52,686 nt of DNA from Piromyces finnis finn (GCA_002104945.1 MCFH01000107.1:1-52686), one strand, 5' to 3'. Numbered from the stretch's first letter, positions 1-13,573 are shown. The notes: generated by a model not told the origin, from the letters alone. Translations and numbers: made by a program.

Positions 1-833
1 TTAATTAAAATTTATTACAAATATATTAACAATTAAATTTTTATATATGTGGCATGATTTGAACCAAAAAATTAAAAAAAACTTTTTTTTGATATTTTGT
101 TTATTTTTTTTTTTTCAAAATTTTTAATAAGTATAGTATTATAAGGCTATTCATAATTATAATTTAAAAAAGGCAATCTTTAAGAAAGTGGTAATTGTTG
201 TGTTATTTTAATAATATACCAGAAAGAAAAGAAAATATATTTTATATATATATATTGTATATTAATAAACATTTTTAAAATAACACAATAAACAACACAA
301 CAAAAAAGATCTTTTTTAAATTATTCTTATGTAAAAAAAAAAATACTCTTTTCTTTTCATCTATTCTTTTATTATTTTTATTTATCATATTTTATTTTAT
401 TTTTTTTTCTACATTTGTATATTTTACGTCGTTTCATTAAATGATTCATTAATTAGTTTTAATATTTTCTTAAAATAATATTTATTATATATTAAATAGA
501 AAAAAAGTATTAAAGTTTTATATCTTAAAAAGACATACACACACGTTTCATTTGTTTATCTATACCAAACTCTTTTAAAATAGGCTTTATATTTTTTTTC
601 ATTTTAAAATTTAATTTATAAGAAATATAAATAATTAATAAGAATTGAAAAAAAAAATAATTAAATAAATAAATAAATAAAAATAAACAGTTTAAAAAAA
701 AAATGGAATAAAAGAAATGAAATTATTTTTTTAATATTGTTATTCGACATATTAAAATTATATATAAAACTAGATATTAATTAAATATATACATTAAATG
801 TTTTTTTTTTTTTGAATTGAATTTAAAAATAAA

Positions 834-3800
834 ATGAATAACATAAATTATAATTATAGTAATATATTCATTAAAAATAATAACAATAATATTAATAAAA
901 AAAGGGAATCCTTTTATGATATGAATAAAAGAGACTACTACAATAAAGGCATGACCTCTATTAATTATAATTATTTAAACACCTCACAAGATAACAACAC
1001 ATTATTTATAAATGATAATCAATCCTTAAATATTCAAACTAACGGTTATGATAAAAATACATTAAATAAGCAAAATGATTTATCCAATATAAATTATATA
1101 ACTCATACCAATGAGTTATTCCAAAATGCAAACCAAATTTCCATGACAACATCTAGTTTTAAAAATAATGGAAATTCTACATTAGCTCTTACTCCTAAAT
1201 ACAATAAGGAAAGGGAAAGTAAAATAATAGAGGCGACAAATAAAATTCCAATTATAAGATTCTATGTTTTCATAAAAAAATTTAAAGCTAAATGTGTGTT
1301 AAAAATTTTGTATCAAATTTCTTATATATTAAATATTCTCGATTTAAATAAACGTAGAAATTTTATAAATTCAATCCCATTTAAACTACCAACTATAATA
1401 GAAAAAATATTATTAATTAATTTCCCAATAAAAATAATTAAATCAATTTTGGAAAATTATAAAAATTATCGTATACCAACAACTCAAGAAATCATTGCAC
1501 CCTTTTTAGAGTTGCTTGCTAATTTATCATCAATATCATCACCTTCACACCAGTTACCTCCAATCAATGAAAATAATAATCATTCCTTTACTTCTGTAAA
1601 TAGTGATGAAAGAACAAACAATTCAATAAGCCCTCTTCTTCTTCCTCAATCCGAATTGCCCTATAGTAATTCACCGGAAAATAACTACATTATTCAAATG
1701 CCAACCCCATTATTAAATAAAAATTTAGAATCAAACCAAAATTTTGATAATATAAGTTTTGAAGCCAAAAAGAAAGGTAAAACAGTAAATATTGAAAATA
1801 TCAGAAATAGTAGTAACCTTGAAAATCATAACGATTCTTATTATTTAAGTAAACTTCAACATGATGCGTCTTCAAACAAACAACAACTTAAAGATGCTAT
1901 CATGAATATACCAAAAACCGATTTTCAATCAAACAATAATATTAATAATGACAACAAGGAAAAACCATATAATTTCCTTGAAAATAACATGATGCTTCAA
2001 TCAAACTTAACTCTTTTCCCATTATCCCCTTATATTACTTTAAATAATACGGATTTTGATACTGATGTTAAAACAGAATCAACAAATACTAAAACTGATA
2101 ATTCAAGTAAAAAGACACTATCGATACAAACTTCTCCCAACTTCGCAACCGTTAATAATGTACCATCTAGTTCAATGCCATCTAGTGCAGCAACTACATT
2201 ATCTACTGTTGCCGCATCAATTGCAGCATTAAAGTCTTCAACCTCTTCTGAAAAGCATAATGGTTATGGTTCATCTCTTTCAAAAATTGAAAAGAAAAAT
2301 TTATCAAAAATAAAGAATTCTAATATTGTCAAAAATATTGTAAAGAACTTTGAAGAAATAAATAATTATTACAAAAATGCTCTTTTAGAAACAGAAGAAA
2401 AAACAAATAATACTAAATCCGCTAAAAGAACTTATAAAAAATATGGTAGTCATGAAACCAATGATAATAATGATAGTAATAATGACGATGAAATTAAAAA
2501 TATTGACAATGAAGATATTTTAGAAGAAGAAGAAGAAGAAGAAGAAGAAAATTTAATGGAAAAACAAGATGATGAAGAAGGAATTGATAATGAAAATAAT
2601 ATTATTTTATCTCAACAAGATAAAATGAAAATTAATGAAGCTTGTGATAAAATGATTTATGAATCAAAATTTATGCAAGAATCAGATTTAATTGATATTA
2701 AAGAAAGTACTAATTTAATGGTTGGTTGTAACTATGATTTAACCACAACTGGTAATGATGATAATGATAGTATTGATGGTATGACAGAAATCATTAAGGA
2801 CTTCTCACTTGAAAATAACTTCAGTGATAGTAATGAAGATGGTGAAACTAATTCAGAAATTTCTAATAATATATTTAACTCAATAGTCAATATTGAAGAT
2901 TTAGACATTACACGCTTAACTATTTTGTTAATTGAAAGTTTTGTCAAGCTTACTGACACAGAGAAAGAAGAATTCTTAAACTCTGAATACTTTGATTTAA
3001 TAAAGAATCATGTCATGAACATACAACATGACAAAGAGCTTGAATTAAGTAGTATATTTAAAGATCCAAAAATGCTTAATGAATTTGAATCTCATATTGA
3101 AGCTTTACAACAATGTGTTAAAGAAAGAGATGATATCATTAATTATTACTACCAAGAAATTGTGAATGAGCGTATTCAAAATGAAAAACTTTTAGTATTT
3201 TGTGAAAATGAACAATTAGAAAGAGAAGAAACCAACAAGATTATTTCCGGACTTACCAAGAAGATTGAAATAGAAGAAGAATATATCAAAAAATTAGAAG
3301 TCAGATATGATATGTTAGTTGAAAAGGTTAAGAAATATCAATCCTGTTGTAAGCACTACGAAAAATCAATTTCTCTTCTCAGTGGTAATAAACCAAATGT
3401 CTTGAAATTAATTAATACACAAAACTTTGAAAGTGCAGCTATTTTGAACAATCCACCAAACTTCTATCCAGGTACTGCTTCACCTGTTGATCCAAATGGT
3501 AGACCAGGTATTGCTCACCTTATCAACAAATTAAGTTGTGAAAAGATTAGTAAGAATGAAGAAATTCAATACTTGAAATCACTTCTTAAGAGTTATAACG
3601 GTAAGCATATTTACCTTAATGAAAATGTCATTAAAAAGCAAATTATTGAAAAAACAATGGCCACCTCAACTCAAACTATTCCAGCCACTGTCGAAAATGT
3701 ACCTATTATTCCTATTAATTTAGAAAAAGATCTTCCTGGTAAGAAAATGATGATGGAAAAATATTTTGAAAAACAATTCGCCAAAACAGAAGAAACTCTT

Positions 3801-4058
3801 GTTCTTAGTGATGATGATGATGATGATGATAATGAAGAGGAAAAGGAAAGGGAAGAAGAAAAGCATACTCCAGAAATTGAGGATGATGAGATATTGCAAA
3901 ACAGAAAATCTATTGATTTATCCATCATTGATGATTTAAACATTTTCAATGAAAAACATTACCATGAAAAAGTTTTACACAATCATCAAAAATCTGTAGA
4001 AAAAGATATTCCTGAGGATGATACCTTTAGTGAATATGCACAAACTTTAGTAAACTAA
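834..4058 (+). CDS. Hypothetical 1074-aa protein: Asn-rich N-terminus, Ser/Thr-rich and acidic tracts, predicted coiled coil in the C-terminal third
   Basis: 3.2-kb uninterrupted ORF with higher GC than its flanks; E/D runs; heptad-like segment (LQQCVKERDDIINYYYQEIVNERIQNEKLL...LEVRYDMLVEKVKKY). No domain recognised; the true start or a hidden intron cannot be excluded. Confidence 0.7.
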   Translation: MNNINYNYSNIFIKNNNNNINKKRESFYDMNKRDYYNKGMTSINYNYLNTSQDNNTLFINDNQSLNIQTNGYDKNTLNKQNDLSNINYITHTNELFQNANQISMTTSSFKNNGNSTLALTPKYNKERESKIIEATNKIPIIRFYVFIKKFKAKCVLKILYQISYILNILDLNKRRNFINSIPFKLPTIIEKILLINFPIKIIKSILENYKNYRIPTTQEIIAPFLELLANLSSISSPSHQLPPINENNNHSFTSVNSDERTNNSISPLLLPQSELPYSNSPENNYIIQMPTPLLNKNLESNQNFDNISFEAKKKGKTVNIENIRNSSNLENHNDSYYLSKLQHDASSNKQQLKDAIMNIPKTDFQSNNNINNDNKEKPYNFLENNMMLQSNLTLFPLSPYITLNNTDFDTDVKTESTNTKTDNSSKKTLSIQTSPNFATVNNVPSSSMPSSAATTLSTVAASIAALKSSTSSEKHNGYGSSLSKIEKKNLSKIKNSNIVKNIVKNFEEINNYYKNALLETEEKTNNTKSAKRTYKKYGSHETNDNNDSNNDDEIKNIDNEDILEEEEEEEEENLMEKQDDEEGIDNENNIILSQQDKMKINEACDKMIYESKFMQESDLIDIKESTNLMVGCNYDLTTTGNDDNDSIDGMTEIIKDFSLENNFSDSNEDGETNSEISNNIFNSIVNIEDLDITRLTILLIESFVKLTDTEKEEFLNSEYFDLIKNHVMNIQHDKELELSSIFKDPKMLNEFESHIEALQQCVKERDDIINYYYQEIVNERIQNEKLLVFCENEQLEREETNKIISGLTKKIEIEEEYIKKLEVRYDMLVEKVKKYQSCCKHYEKSISLLSGNKPNVLKLINTQNFESAAILNNPPNFYPGTASPVDPNGRPGIAHLINKLSCEKISKNEEIQYLKSLLKSYNGKHIYLNENVIKKQIIEKTMATSTQTIPATVENVPIIPINLEKDLPGKKMMMEKYFEKQFAKTEETLVLSDDDDDDDNEEEKEREEEKHTPEIEDDEILQNRKSIDLSIIDDLNIFNEKHYHEKVLHNHQKSVEKDIPEDDTFSEYAQTLVN

Positions 4059-4662
4059 AAGGTAGCCATAGGAGAAGGTAAAAAAAAAAATCAGCCTATC
4101 CTAACGAAACCATTAAACCACCAACAAAATTTTTAAAAAATTAAAAAAAGAAAAATTAAAAAAAAATTAAAAAAAAAAAAAAAAAAAAAACTGGGGAAAT
4201 AAATCTAATTTAAAAAAATAAATAAAAAAAATTAAAAAAAAAAAAAAATAAAATAAATAAAATAAACCAAAGATAAGGAATACATTAACCAATCCTATAA
4301 AATATACATATATCATGATCAACCCAAGGCGAATATTTATAAATATTACCTTTTCACAATTAAGATTCAACTATATTTTTATTCTATTTAGTCAATCAAA
4401 CATTAAACTTTTAAAAAAAAGGAAAAAAAATCTATTCTTAAAAAAATATATTACATATATTACATATATATAGTTATATATATTTATCCTTAATGATTAT
4501 TTCTTTTTTTCTTTTTTTTTTTTAAAAAAAAAAAAAAACGAAAAGAAAGAAAATAATCAAATACTATATTTTATTTAAAAGTATATATATATATATAGTT
4601 AACTATTTCATTTTCATTTTCATGACATTAACCAACTATCTTTTAAATGCATTTAACCCATG

Positions 4663-4697
<35 letters not shown>

Positions 4698-5647
4698 AAA
4701 AAACTTTTTTATTTAGCCCTGTAGATTAACTAAAAAAAAAAAGTTTTTTTGATTTTATTTTTTTTTTTTTTTTTTTTTTTACCTTTCGATAAATAAATAA
4801 ATAAAATATATATAAACTATTTTTTATATTTTAAAAAAAAAAAAAAAAAAACTTTCTTTTTTTGCTAGTTTTATGTATTTTTTGGTTTAACTAAACCTAC
4901 CCATAAATTTTTGTTGTATTTTTTGAATTTTAAATTTTAATAAGGAAAAAAATATTCCTTTTCAAAGTTTTCCAAAAAAAGAAAGAAAAAAATACCTCTT
5001 TTATTGAAATTGGTTTAATTTTTATTTTTGATTTTATTTTATTTTTTTATTTTATTTTTTTTTTTTTTACTCCCTTTCCTATTATTTATATATTCTATTT
5101 ATATAAATTAACGATAAAGAAAGGAAGGAAAGGGAGAAAAAAAAAAAAAAAAAACTATATATCTATATCTATTATTATTATCACTACTACTACTACTACT
5201 ACTACTACTATCATAGTTTTTATAATATTTATATTCTCCAAATAAATTTTAAAAAAAAAAAATAAAAAAAAAAAAATTCAATTCAAAATTGTTAAAAAAA
5301 AATAAATAAAAATATTTACTATTAAAAATATTAATTATAAATTAAAATATTTAAAAAAAGAGTTTTTATATATTTTTTCTTTTTTTATATATAATGTTTA
5401 TTGTGCATAAATAATAGAATTTAAATAGAGAAGGTTAATTTTTTATATTATTGTTTTTGGGTAAAATGATAATAATTTTTTTTTTTTTTTTTCAATTTTC
5501 AATTAAAAACTTCCTTTATTACGCTTTTTACACAATTCCAGTACAATATCTATTCAATTATTAAAAAAAATTGATGTTAAAAAAAAAAAGTACAAAAAAA
5601 GCATTCACAGGTAGAGTTCTTTGTAGTATTTTCATGTAATTTATAAA

Positions 5648-7432
5648 TTAAGAAGAAGAATTTGGATTTGGATTTGGACCATTGTATTGTTTTGGTGGTC
5701 TATTGTAATACTTTTTTGAATAATAATTGTTATTATTGTTGTTGTTGTTATAATTATTGTTGCTATTGTTATTGTAGGTATTACCACCATGGTTATAGTT
5801 TGGACGATAATCTTTATTATAATATGGATAATTATTATTAGGATGCATTGGTCTTACCATTGAACTATTGTTGATGTTATTATTATTATAATAGACTGTA
5901 TCATTTTTACGATAGCCAGCATTTTTATTATTGTTAATATATGGATTAGGATTTTGACTATTATTATTATTACTAATATTGTTATTGTTATTATTATTAT
6001 TATATGAGGTAGATGGAACAAATTCAGTAGCGGATGGATTTAATTTATGTTTAAAAACCATTTCTCTATAATAATTTAATTCTTTTATACTGCCCCTAAT
6101 ATCATCTAAAGCTCTACATAAACAAATATTATTAATTTAAAAGATATATAGAATGTAATAAAAAAAAAAAAAAAAAAGGTAAATATATATTTATTATAGA
6201 TATAAATCGATAATTAATTAAAGTGTATATTATATCATAAAAAATAAAAAAGAAAAAGAAAAAAAATTCTTTAAACAAACCTATGTAAATTTTGGAAAGT
6301 TGGTAATTTACTAAAAATTTCTGGATACCATCTACGAGTAATTTCTTTAATCGTTGAAACATCAATAATTCTATAATGGAAATATTCAAAAGTTTTTGGG
6401 AAATCCTATAATTTTTTAAATATAGGTATACACATATTCCATGAATAAGGATATAAACAAAATATATTAAATAATTCAGTATCCAAATAAAATAAAAATG
6501 GTATTGTCGTTAAATAATAAAAAATACAACTTATAAAATGGTATAGAAAGGAAGTATTACCTTTTCTAAAAATTTCTTGTCAACATGAACAGAATTACCA
6601 GCTAAAATAGCTGAACATTTATTTGGGAAATGTTTTCCAATAAATTTTGAAATAATAGTATCAGCTTCTTCAAGTGAAATTTTAGATTGTCTCATAGCAT
6701 CTACTAAACCAGACTATTTATTAAATAAAAAAGAAAGAAAGCAAAAAAAAAAAAAAAAAGAATATTATTAATTTTCTTTTTTAATTAAAAAGTATTCAAC
6801 ATATATATGTAAATATATTATTTTTGAGAAAGAGAAAGAAAAAAAAAAGTTATAAAACAGTATTACTATATTATGTATATTTCAATTAATATATTAAAAA
6901 GAAATAGGGAAAAAAAAAAATTATATACCTTAGTATGGTGTTCCCAACTCCATTCGTTCATTGAAGTAATAACTTCTTCTGGAAAATTAATAATAATATC
7001 TGGAGCCTTTGAATTATCATGACACAAGAATAATAAATGAATATTGAGGTGAAAATAATAAGATATAAATTTAAAATATTAGAAATTCATTTCCATTTTA
7101 TAGGTATAAAAAAAAAAAAATTATCTAATAATTTAATTATAAAAAAAAAAAATAATAATAAAATGGAAATGCTTACTTCATCAAGAATATTCAAGTCTTT
7201 ATCTGTAACAATACAAGCAATTTCAATAATGTGATCCTTGTCAAGATCTAATCCTGTCATCTATTATATAAATAATTAAATAATGAAATATCATTTAAAA
7301 AAAAAAAAAAAATCAATTGTCCATTTGGTCATTTAAATTATTACTGGAAAAAAAAAATCATGAAATTGGTAAGATACATACTTCACAATCAATCCAAACA
7401 ATTAAATTTTCTTCTAACACCTTTTTTGACAT
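5648..7432 (-). CDS. REX2: Oligoribonuclease (Rex2/Orn, DEDDh) with C-terminal PAM2 motif and Asn/Tyr-rich tail; 6 exons: 7432-7382, 7260-7177, 7006-6929, 6713-6561, 6405-6281, 6113-5648; about 318 aa
   Basis: Manual splicing with GT-AG introns stays in frame: [17 protein letters not shown]|[28 protein letters not shown]|APDII...EHHTK|SGLVD...[14 protein letters not shown]|DFP...[20 protein letters not shown]...LHR|[33 protein letters not shown]... ExoI (DCE), ExoII and ExoIII (HRALDD) motifs are intact. Confidence 0.92.
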
Positions 7433-8677
7433 TTTTTTCTTCTTCTTTATTTGTTTGGTTTGTTTTTTAAGTTTTGGTTAAATAAAAAAAAAAAGTAAAT
7501 TGGGTGTATGTGAAAGAAGTAAATTATTTTAAAAAATAAAAAAAAAAAAAAATTGTTGATATTATTATATAAATTTTTTTTTTTTTGTTTTGAAAATGAA
7601 CTTAATTTTATAATAAAAAATATATAAAAAAAATTAATTTTAACTATGATCATTGGTCAAAGAAAAATGAATGGTCATTTCCATCTTTTTTTTAAAAAAA
7701 AAAAAAAAGTCAAAAAAACTACAACACAACAACAACCAAATTAGTTTGTTTTTGTTTTTGTTTTTTAATACTACAAAAGAATATGAAGAAAAATAATCAT
7801 CTAAATATTGATTTAATTAGAAAAAGCGTATGATATCATTATTTATTTATTCGATTATGTTTTATAGTATTTTTTAATATTATTACTTTATTATTAGGAT
7901 ATGATGATGATGATGATCTAACAATTTTTTTTTTTAATATTATTATTGTTATTATTAATATTATTTTATTAGGTTTATTATGTTTATTATATTTATTATT
8001 AGTAGTAGTAGTAGTAGTGTGATGATGATGTTAACATTTTCTTTAGTTTATTTATTGGATTTGTTATAATTCTTAGTAATAATAACATTTTTTTAAAAAT
8101 AATGAAATTTAAAAGGGTTTTTCTATGAACTATATTATATTTATTTAAAATGTATTATTTATATATATAATATTAATAATTAAATCAATTAAAAAAAAAA
8201 AAAAAAAAAAGGGAAAAAAGAAAAACCTCTTTTTTTTTTAGTATTATTTGATTTATTATATATTGTTTTGTTTTGTTTTTGTATCGATTCTATTTTTTTG
8301 TTTTTTCTTTTTGTTGGTTTATTTAATTTTGGTTTATTTCTTCTGGAAGAAAAAAAAAAAAAAAACAAATAAATAAATAAATGAAGAATGAATAATTTTT
8401 TTTATATGGTATTTTTTATTATAAAATGTCAATTATAAATATGAAGTATTATTATATTATTATACTCTTATTATACTATGTATTATTAGCTTTTATATAA
8501 CTTTTAACAGATTTATTACTATTAATTATGATAATTATAAAAAGAAAATGAAAAAATATCTATGTATATTTTATTCATAATAATAATAATAATCGTTTTT
8601 TTTTTTTGTTTGTTTGTTTGTTTGTTTGCTTGCTTGCTTGCTTGCTTTGTTTTTTGTTTTTTGTTTTTTTTTCTCGC

Positions 8678-9335
8678 TTAAATAGCCAAAACAATTAAAA
8701 ATAGTATAAATAAAGCAATAATGACAAATAATAAGGTACAAGAAGTATAGTCTTTAAAAAAAAAAAAAATAAAAAAAAAAATAATGAATAATTAATATAA
8801 TTATTAAATCTATAATAGATTTAAATTATTATCATTATAATTTTATATATCTAATATTAAGTATTCCTTGAAATAATACTTTACCATTAGAATCAACAAT
8901 TTTATCTAATCTTCTTCTTGCACTACTTAAATTAAGAGCAGTATTATCTACATCTTCTTCAAATTCTTGTAATAAACTTTTATTATAATTATATTAAAAT
9001 AAAATTAATTCATCTGAAAAAACAAAAAAAAAAAAAAAAAAAAAAAAACTCGTATACATCGTATACATATATGTATATGCTATTGTTAATGATAGAAAAT
9101 TAATTGATATAACAATGATGGTGATGATGATGAAATTACATACCCAGCTTGATCATCTAATTCATGATTCATTGTACGAGCAATTTCTTTCATATTATAT
9201 ACAGTGCCTAATACATCATCCATAGCTTCATTTTGTTCTTGTAATAATAACTATTTAAAGAAAGAAGAAAAAAAAAAAAAATTAAAAAATTGGTTGATTT
9301 CTTTTTTTTAAAATATATAGCTATATTATTATTAC

Positions 9336-9420
<85 letters not shown>

Positions 9421-10925
9421 TATTATACCTGTTGATGTCTATGTTCATTATCCATTCTTGAATTATTTGAATATGAACTTGAAGTTAAAGGATCAGTAAA
9501 TGATGATTGCTAATACATTTAAATTGATAAAAGAATAAGGAGATAGGTATTAAATATTAAAAATCCAAAAGGAATGGTATAACGATAAATTATATTCCGA
9601 GAATTAAAAATATATATAACTATCAATATAAACCTTTTTCTTAGGCTCTTGGATAATTTTTTGGATATTCTTTTATATATATATATATTACAATGATGAT
9701 GATGATGATGATGATGATGAATAATGGTGGGGGAAAAGGAATAGGGTCAAGAAACAATTATTATTAATAAATAATATATATAATAATAAATAAATAAATA
9801 AATAATAAATATTTTATAATTAATACTGTCTTTGTTCTTTTTCATTATTTATACTCTTTAGTATTATTACTATACCATGATTGTATTTCTTGCATAGGAA
9901 ACAAATTGTTTACGCTTCTGTATTTCCGATGGACTAATATTAAATTTTTGTTCATTTGACTCTACAATTTGTATGTATCGTTCATTAAGGCTTGAATAAC
10001 CCTTTTATATTTTAATATTTACAAAAAAAAATGGTATATATATATAAAATTGACTCATTGGAAATACTAAAAAATTATATTTCCCTTTATAATAATAATA
10101 AAAAGGATATGAATAGTTTGTTCCAAGTCAACAATATCCATATCTATATTTTCAATTAATTCGGTCATATTTAATTCAAGTTGATTTAATTCTCTTTTAC
10201 TATTTTGAGAATTGGAAGAACTTCCAGAATTAATTCTACCCATCCATTGGTCATAAAGTGATTTTAAGTTAACTATGGAAGATTCAACTTCTCTGTTATC
10301 CGATAAATTGATATTATTAATTATATTGATTTATTCCAGATGAAATTAATTTTGAAAATGTTATCCCAAATTTTTTTTTTTTTTTGTAATCCAAAAATAA
10401 AAGTTTTTCAAAACGTTTTAAAGAATAAATATTATTTTTTGTTTTGTTTTGTTTTGTTTTTCATTAATATATGATTGAAATGTAATTAATGGAAAAGAAA
10501 TAAAAATTAAAATATTAATTCATATTAATTCATAGATAAGGTGTTTTATTTTTTTTTTTTTTTTTTTTTTTTTTTGGAGAAACAAAGAAAATCGAACAGT
10601 TTATTTTTTAAAATTCCGAATAATATTCCATGAAATTTGATTTTATAATTTAAATAATGGGGAATGGTTGGTTGTGATTGAGACAAATAAATAGATAGAT
10701 ATAAAATATATAGAATATATAGAATATAAAATAAAAGAATTTTTCAAAGTATATATAATAATAATAGTAATAATAATAATAGTAATAAAAAGATATTACA
10801 TTTATATATGTTGTTATTATTACTGTTGATTTTAGAATATATATATATAGTTATAACAATATAGAATAGTATTAAAAAATAGAAAATTACTCTCTAACAG
10901 TATTAAAAGGATCAATGTCTTCCAT
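8678..10925 (-). CDS. TLG1: Syntaxin-6/Tlg1-like Qc-SNARE; 8 exons: 10925-10891, 10292-10111, 9970-9876, 9669-9634, 9509-9429, 9250-9144, 8976-8885, 8751-8678; 233 aa
   Basis: The spliced CDS is 702 nt and in frame: MEDIDPFNTVREEVESSI... (syntaxin-6 N-terminal DPF motif), DLEQTIQIVESNEQKFNIS, SNARE motif LLLQEQNEAMDDVLGTVYNMKEIARTMNHELDDQAGLLQEFEEDVD, and C-terminal TM helix CTLLFVIIALFILFLIVLAI*. Confidence 0.9.
9324..9426. repeat. (TAT)n microsatellite inside a syntaxin-6 intron
   Basis: Directly visible trinucleotide repeat; it produces the spurious poly-Leu ORF. Confidence 0.95.
9971..10110 (-). other. U12-type (minor spliceosome) AT-AC intron, 140 nt, intron 2 of the syntaxin-6/Tlg1 gene
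   Basis: 5' end ATATCCTTTT (10110-10101); branch-point-like CCTTAAT (9990-9984) about 14 nt before terminal AC (9972-9971). Removing it gives LEQTI-Q-IVESN in frame. Confidence 0.85.
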
Positions 10926-11118
10926 CTTTATATTATATTATTATTTTCTTTTATTGTTAAAAAAGGAGAGCAAAGGAAAAGGAAATTGAGAAATAAATTA
11001 AAGAAAAAGTTTTTATTATAAAAAAAAAAGTTTGAAATTCTTAAATTATAAAATACTACTGTTATTAATATAAATATATAGAAAGAAATGGCATTATTTA
11101 ATATTTTAATAATTATAT

Positions 11119-11387
<269 letters not shown>

Positions 11388-11972
11388 AGTTTATAAAAAG
11401 TATTAGCAAAAGTATACCTACTTTTTTTTAAAAAAAAATATTGATAAAAACAATAATAATTACTTTTTTTTAAAAAAAAAAGTTAAATTTGAAAAAAAGA
11501 TAAAAGTAAAAAAATATATATATATATGTATATGTATTTGTTTATAGAATTTTTTATCGAAATTAAAATAAAAAAATTTTTGTAAGCAAGCAAAATTTCC
11601 CAGAATTTTAGGAAAATCCTTTTATTTTTAGCAGCAAAAGATTCATTTTATTTAAAAATTAGACAACCTTAGTTCACTGTTGTTTTCATATGGAATAAAA
11701 AATATAAAAGGAATTTTTAAATATTCTCAAGGCATGTTTAGTATGAATAACATTTTTCAAGCAAAGTTAAAAAAGAGAAATAATAAATGACGGCATAAAT
11801 TTAAAAAAAAAATAAAAATAAAAATAAATAAAAATGGACCCTTTCAGAAATTCTCATACTATCCTCATCCCAACAGAAAGAACAGGAAATAAAGTATTTA
11901 AAAAAATATATTAATTTTAACATATAAATTTATATACATGTAGGACATAAATATCATAATCATAATATATTA

Positions 11973-12048
11973 ATCTTTTCTTTAAAACTAAATTACATCA
12001 GACTTTATGAATCTTTTCTTTAAAACTAAATTACATCAGACTTTATGA
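11973..12048. repeat. Perfect 38-bp tandem duplication
   Basis: atcttttctttaaaactaaattacatcagactttatga at 11973-12010 and 12011-12048. Confidence 0.9.
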
Positions 12049-13110
12049 TATATTTTTGTATCAATTAATCATTCTTTATAAAAAAAAAAAGAGACTATTA
12101 TTTAAATTTATAAAATAATAATAAAATAAAATGTCAACTTTAACTATTTCAGTAAAAATAGTATCTTTATAATCTTTCTTTATAAATAAAAAAAAAATTA
12201 TAAAACTATATACTGTCAATGCTATAAAGTTTTTTTTTTATTGCAAGCCTTTACTACCAAAAATAGGTATAGGTATCTACTATTCAAGGTGAAAACTCTT
12301 GCGTATTTTATTTTTTATTTCAACACTTTGTATTTTCATTATTTTTAATTTTTCTTTTTTTTTTACAACCTTTCTTATTATTTAAAATAAAACTTCACTT
12401 TATATTATGAATATTATTTAAATAATAAATTTATATTTTCTTTTTTTCTTTTTTTTTTTTTTTTTACCAAAAAGGATGAAGGAAGGAAAGGAATAAATTT
12501 TTCAATTTATACTTTTTTAAAATATATTAATTTATGATACAATATATTCATAATATATTCATAATATATTTATTAAAAATTAAAATAAAATGTATACATT
12601 CGTAATGCTTATAAGATGTTAGTTGGTTTTATTTTATTACATAATGTATGTAATGTAAATGACATCCTATAAATAAAAAAAACTTGAAAAAAATATTTCC
12701 CAACAAAAAAAAACCTTTTTTTAACTAAAATAAGAAAACTTTTAAAAGACCGCTTCTGGTCATTTTTCATTTTTCATTAAAAATTATATAAAAATAATAA
12801 AAAAAAAAATAGTGTAATAATATGAACAATAAATATTTGTTTTTTTGTCATTTCTAATTTTAAAAGAATATATCTTAAAAAGAACTATTTTTCTTTATCA
12901 TCCCTTTTTCAAAATTAAAAAAAAAAACATTTTAAAAATTAGTATTAGGCATAAATTCTTTTTTCTTTTTAGCCTCTATTCATTCTTTTAATATCTATTG
13001 CTTTTAATTCAATCCTATCACTATTTTCGTATACTCCTCTTTCTAATTAATATAAAATGTAGATAGGTTAATAATTATATTAAAGAAAAAAAAGAGTTTT
13101 TTTTTTTTTT

Positions 13111-13145
<35 letters not shown>

Positions 13146-13573
13146 CATTATTTGTTTTGTTTGTTTGCTTGCTTGCTTTGCTTGCTTTGCTTTTTTTTTT
13201 TTTCTTTTTTTTTCTAAATAAAATCTGAAATATATATATATATATTGAAAAAAAATTGAAAATGAAATAATAAAATAAAAAAAAAAAAAAAAAAACTATT
13301 AAAATTAAATTTTTTATAAAAAATATGAAATTAATAAAAAAAAAAAAAAGTTTGAAAATTATTGTTGTTGTTGTGTGATGGTAGGGTGTATCATGACCAT
13401 GTTAGGATGTTTAATAAAGAATGGTAATGGTTGGAAATAAAAATTGTTATTTTTATTTTTGTTTTACACAAAGGAGAGAGGGAGAAAGTGGATTAATGAC
13501 ATTATATATTATTCTTTCTTTGAAAGAATTCTACTCTCCTTTTAATATAAAGGGGAAAAAAAATGAATTGAAA

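Noticed and set aside
9971-10135. Alternative GT-AG model for syntaxin-6 intron 2 (GTTGAC donor, AG near 10001)
   Set aside because: Poor donor, and it replaces the conserved VDLEQTI with an unalignable peptide; the U12 signals fit much better.
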